DNA of 64,000 nt, taken from assembly GCA_951406725.2 (NCBI GenBank), contig OX597834.1, positions 31,930,001 through 31,994,000 of the forward strand, given 5' to 3'. This document shows positions 63,221 to 64,000 of this stretch, piece by piece; the first letter of the stretch is position 1; each line of letters begins with the position of its first letter. Source of the stretch: Octopus vulgaris. Lineage: Eukaryota. The position numbers were made by a program, and so were the translations under genes. A model generated the notes under the pieces. That model had not been told where the DNA came from, ran no database searches, and saw only the letters and a list, made by a program, of their open reading frames with translations.

Positions 63221-63784
63221 CTTCTATAGTAATAATGCTTTATATTTTAAACGTGTTTTCAAAAAAATTTCTTTGTCAGGATTAAAAGAGGAATCAGACA
63301 TTGTGTAATAAGTGAGCACAAAGCATGATTGATAATACACCAAGGCCCAGTGTAATTTCAGTATATAAGTATGGGGTACAGGTGTGGCTGCAGGGTTAAG
63401 AAGCTTGCTTCCCAACCACATGGTCTTCAGACCCACTCCATCCAACAAGAAGGCCACCTCATTGATTAAACAACTGGAAAATACATTGTCAAAACTGATG
63501 ACAACCAATTATTATTTATTTAATTATCTCTATTTTTTCATTGATGAGTCTTTAACCTTCAGATATCAATCAGTGTGTGTGTGTGGTCTTTGATACTAAA
63601 AGCTCTGTATAAACCAACCACTTCACCCTTTCTATAGATGTCTACAATGTGTTTCTGAAGTCTGCAAAGGTTCGTTCAATCAACAGTCAAGCCCATAGTT
63701 TTGATAATTTCCTGTAAAATACATAATTAAATCAATAAAAAGCAAGATTAATCTATGGAAGATCAATAACATACAAGGTAAACA

Positions 63785-64000
63785 TTTATCATCAACCACC
63801 AACAGCAACACCACCATCATCACCAATATCATTACCTTTATCATCACCACCACCACCAACATCATCATCATCATCATCATCATCATCACTACCACCATCA
63901 ACATCATCATCATCATCATCATCACCTCATCATTATCATCACTATTATCACCATCATTACCATTGTAATCATTATCACCACCACTACAGCATCATCATCA
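63785..64000. repeat. (CAT/CAC)n trinucleotide array
   Basis: Directly visible; it runs to the end of the window. Confidence 0.9.

Overview
This is AT-rich, microsatellite-saturated animal genomic DNA. Its SINE and transposon content looks like an octopod cephalopod (Octopus sp.; inference). Nearly all ORFs in the supplied track are translations of simple repeats. Host genes found: a complete five-exon DHHC palmitoyltransferase on the + strand (ZDHHC12-like; CDS 39353-39461, 47958-48094, 52451-52558, 53634-53800, 54967-55303; 285 aa), and just upstream an isolated terminal exon resembling the C-terminus of the S28 peptidase DPP7 (36836-36935). The rest is layered mobile DNA: tRNA-derived SINEs, CR1-, RTE- and Dong/R4-type LINE fragments, mariner (DD34D) and maT (DD37D) remnants, hAT, piggyBac and Merlin-like MITEs, and two tandem non-autonomous Helitrons. 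The most notable unannotated signal is a set of small type I hammerhead ribozyme motifs (CUGAUGA...GAAAC...NUH). They occur as back-to-back inverted pairs, inside an inverted-repeat-flanked cassette, and as a ~330-bp tandem retrozyme-like unit antisense to the ZDHHC12 3' region. All alignments, identities and folds were judged by eye, and no database search was run.
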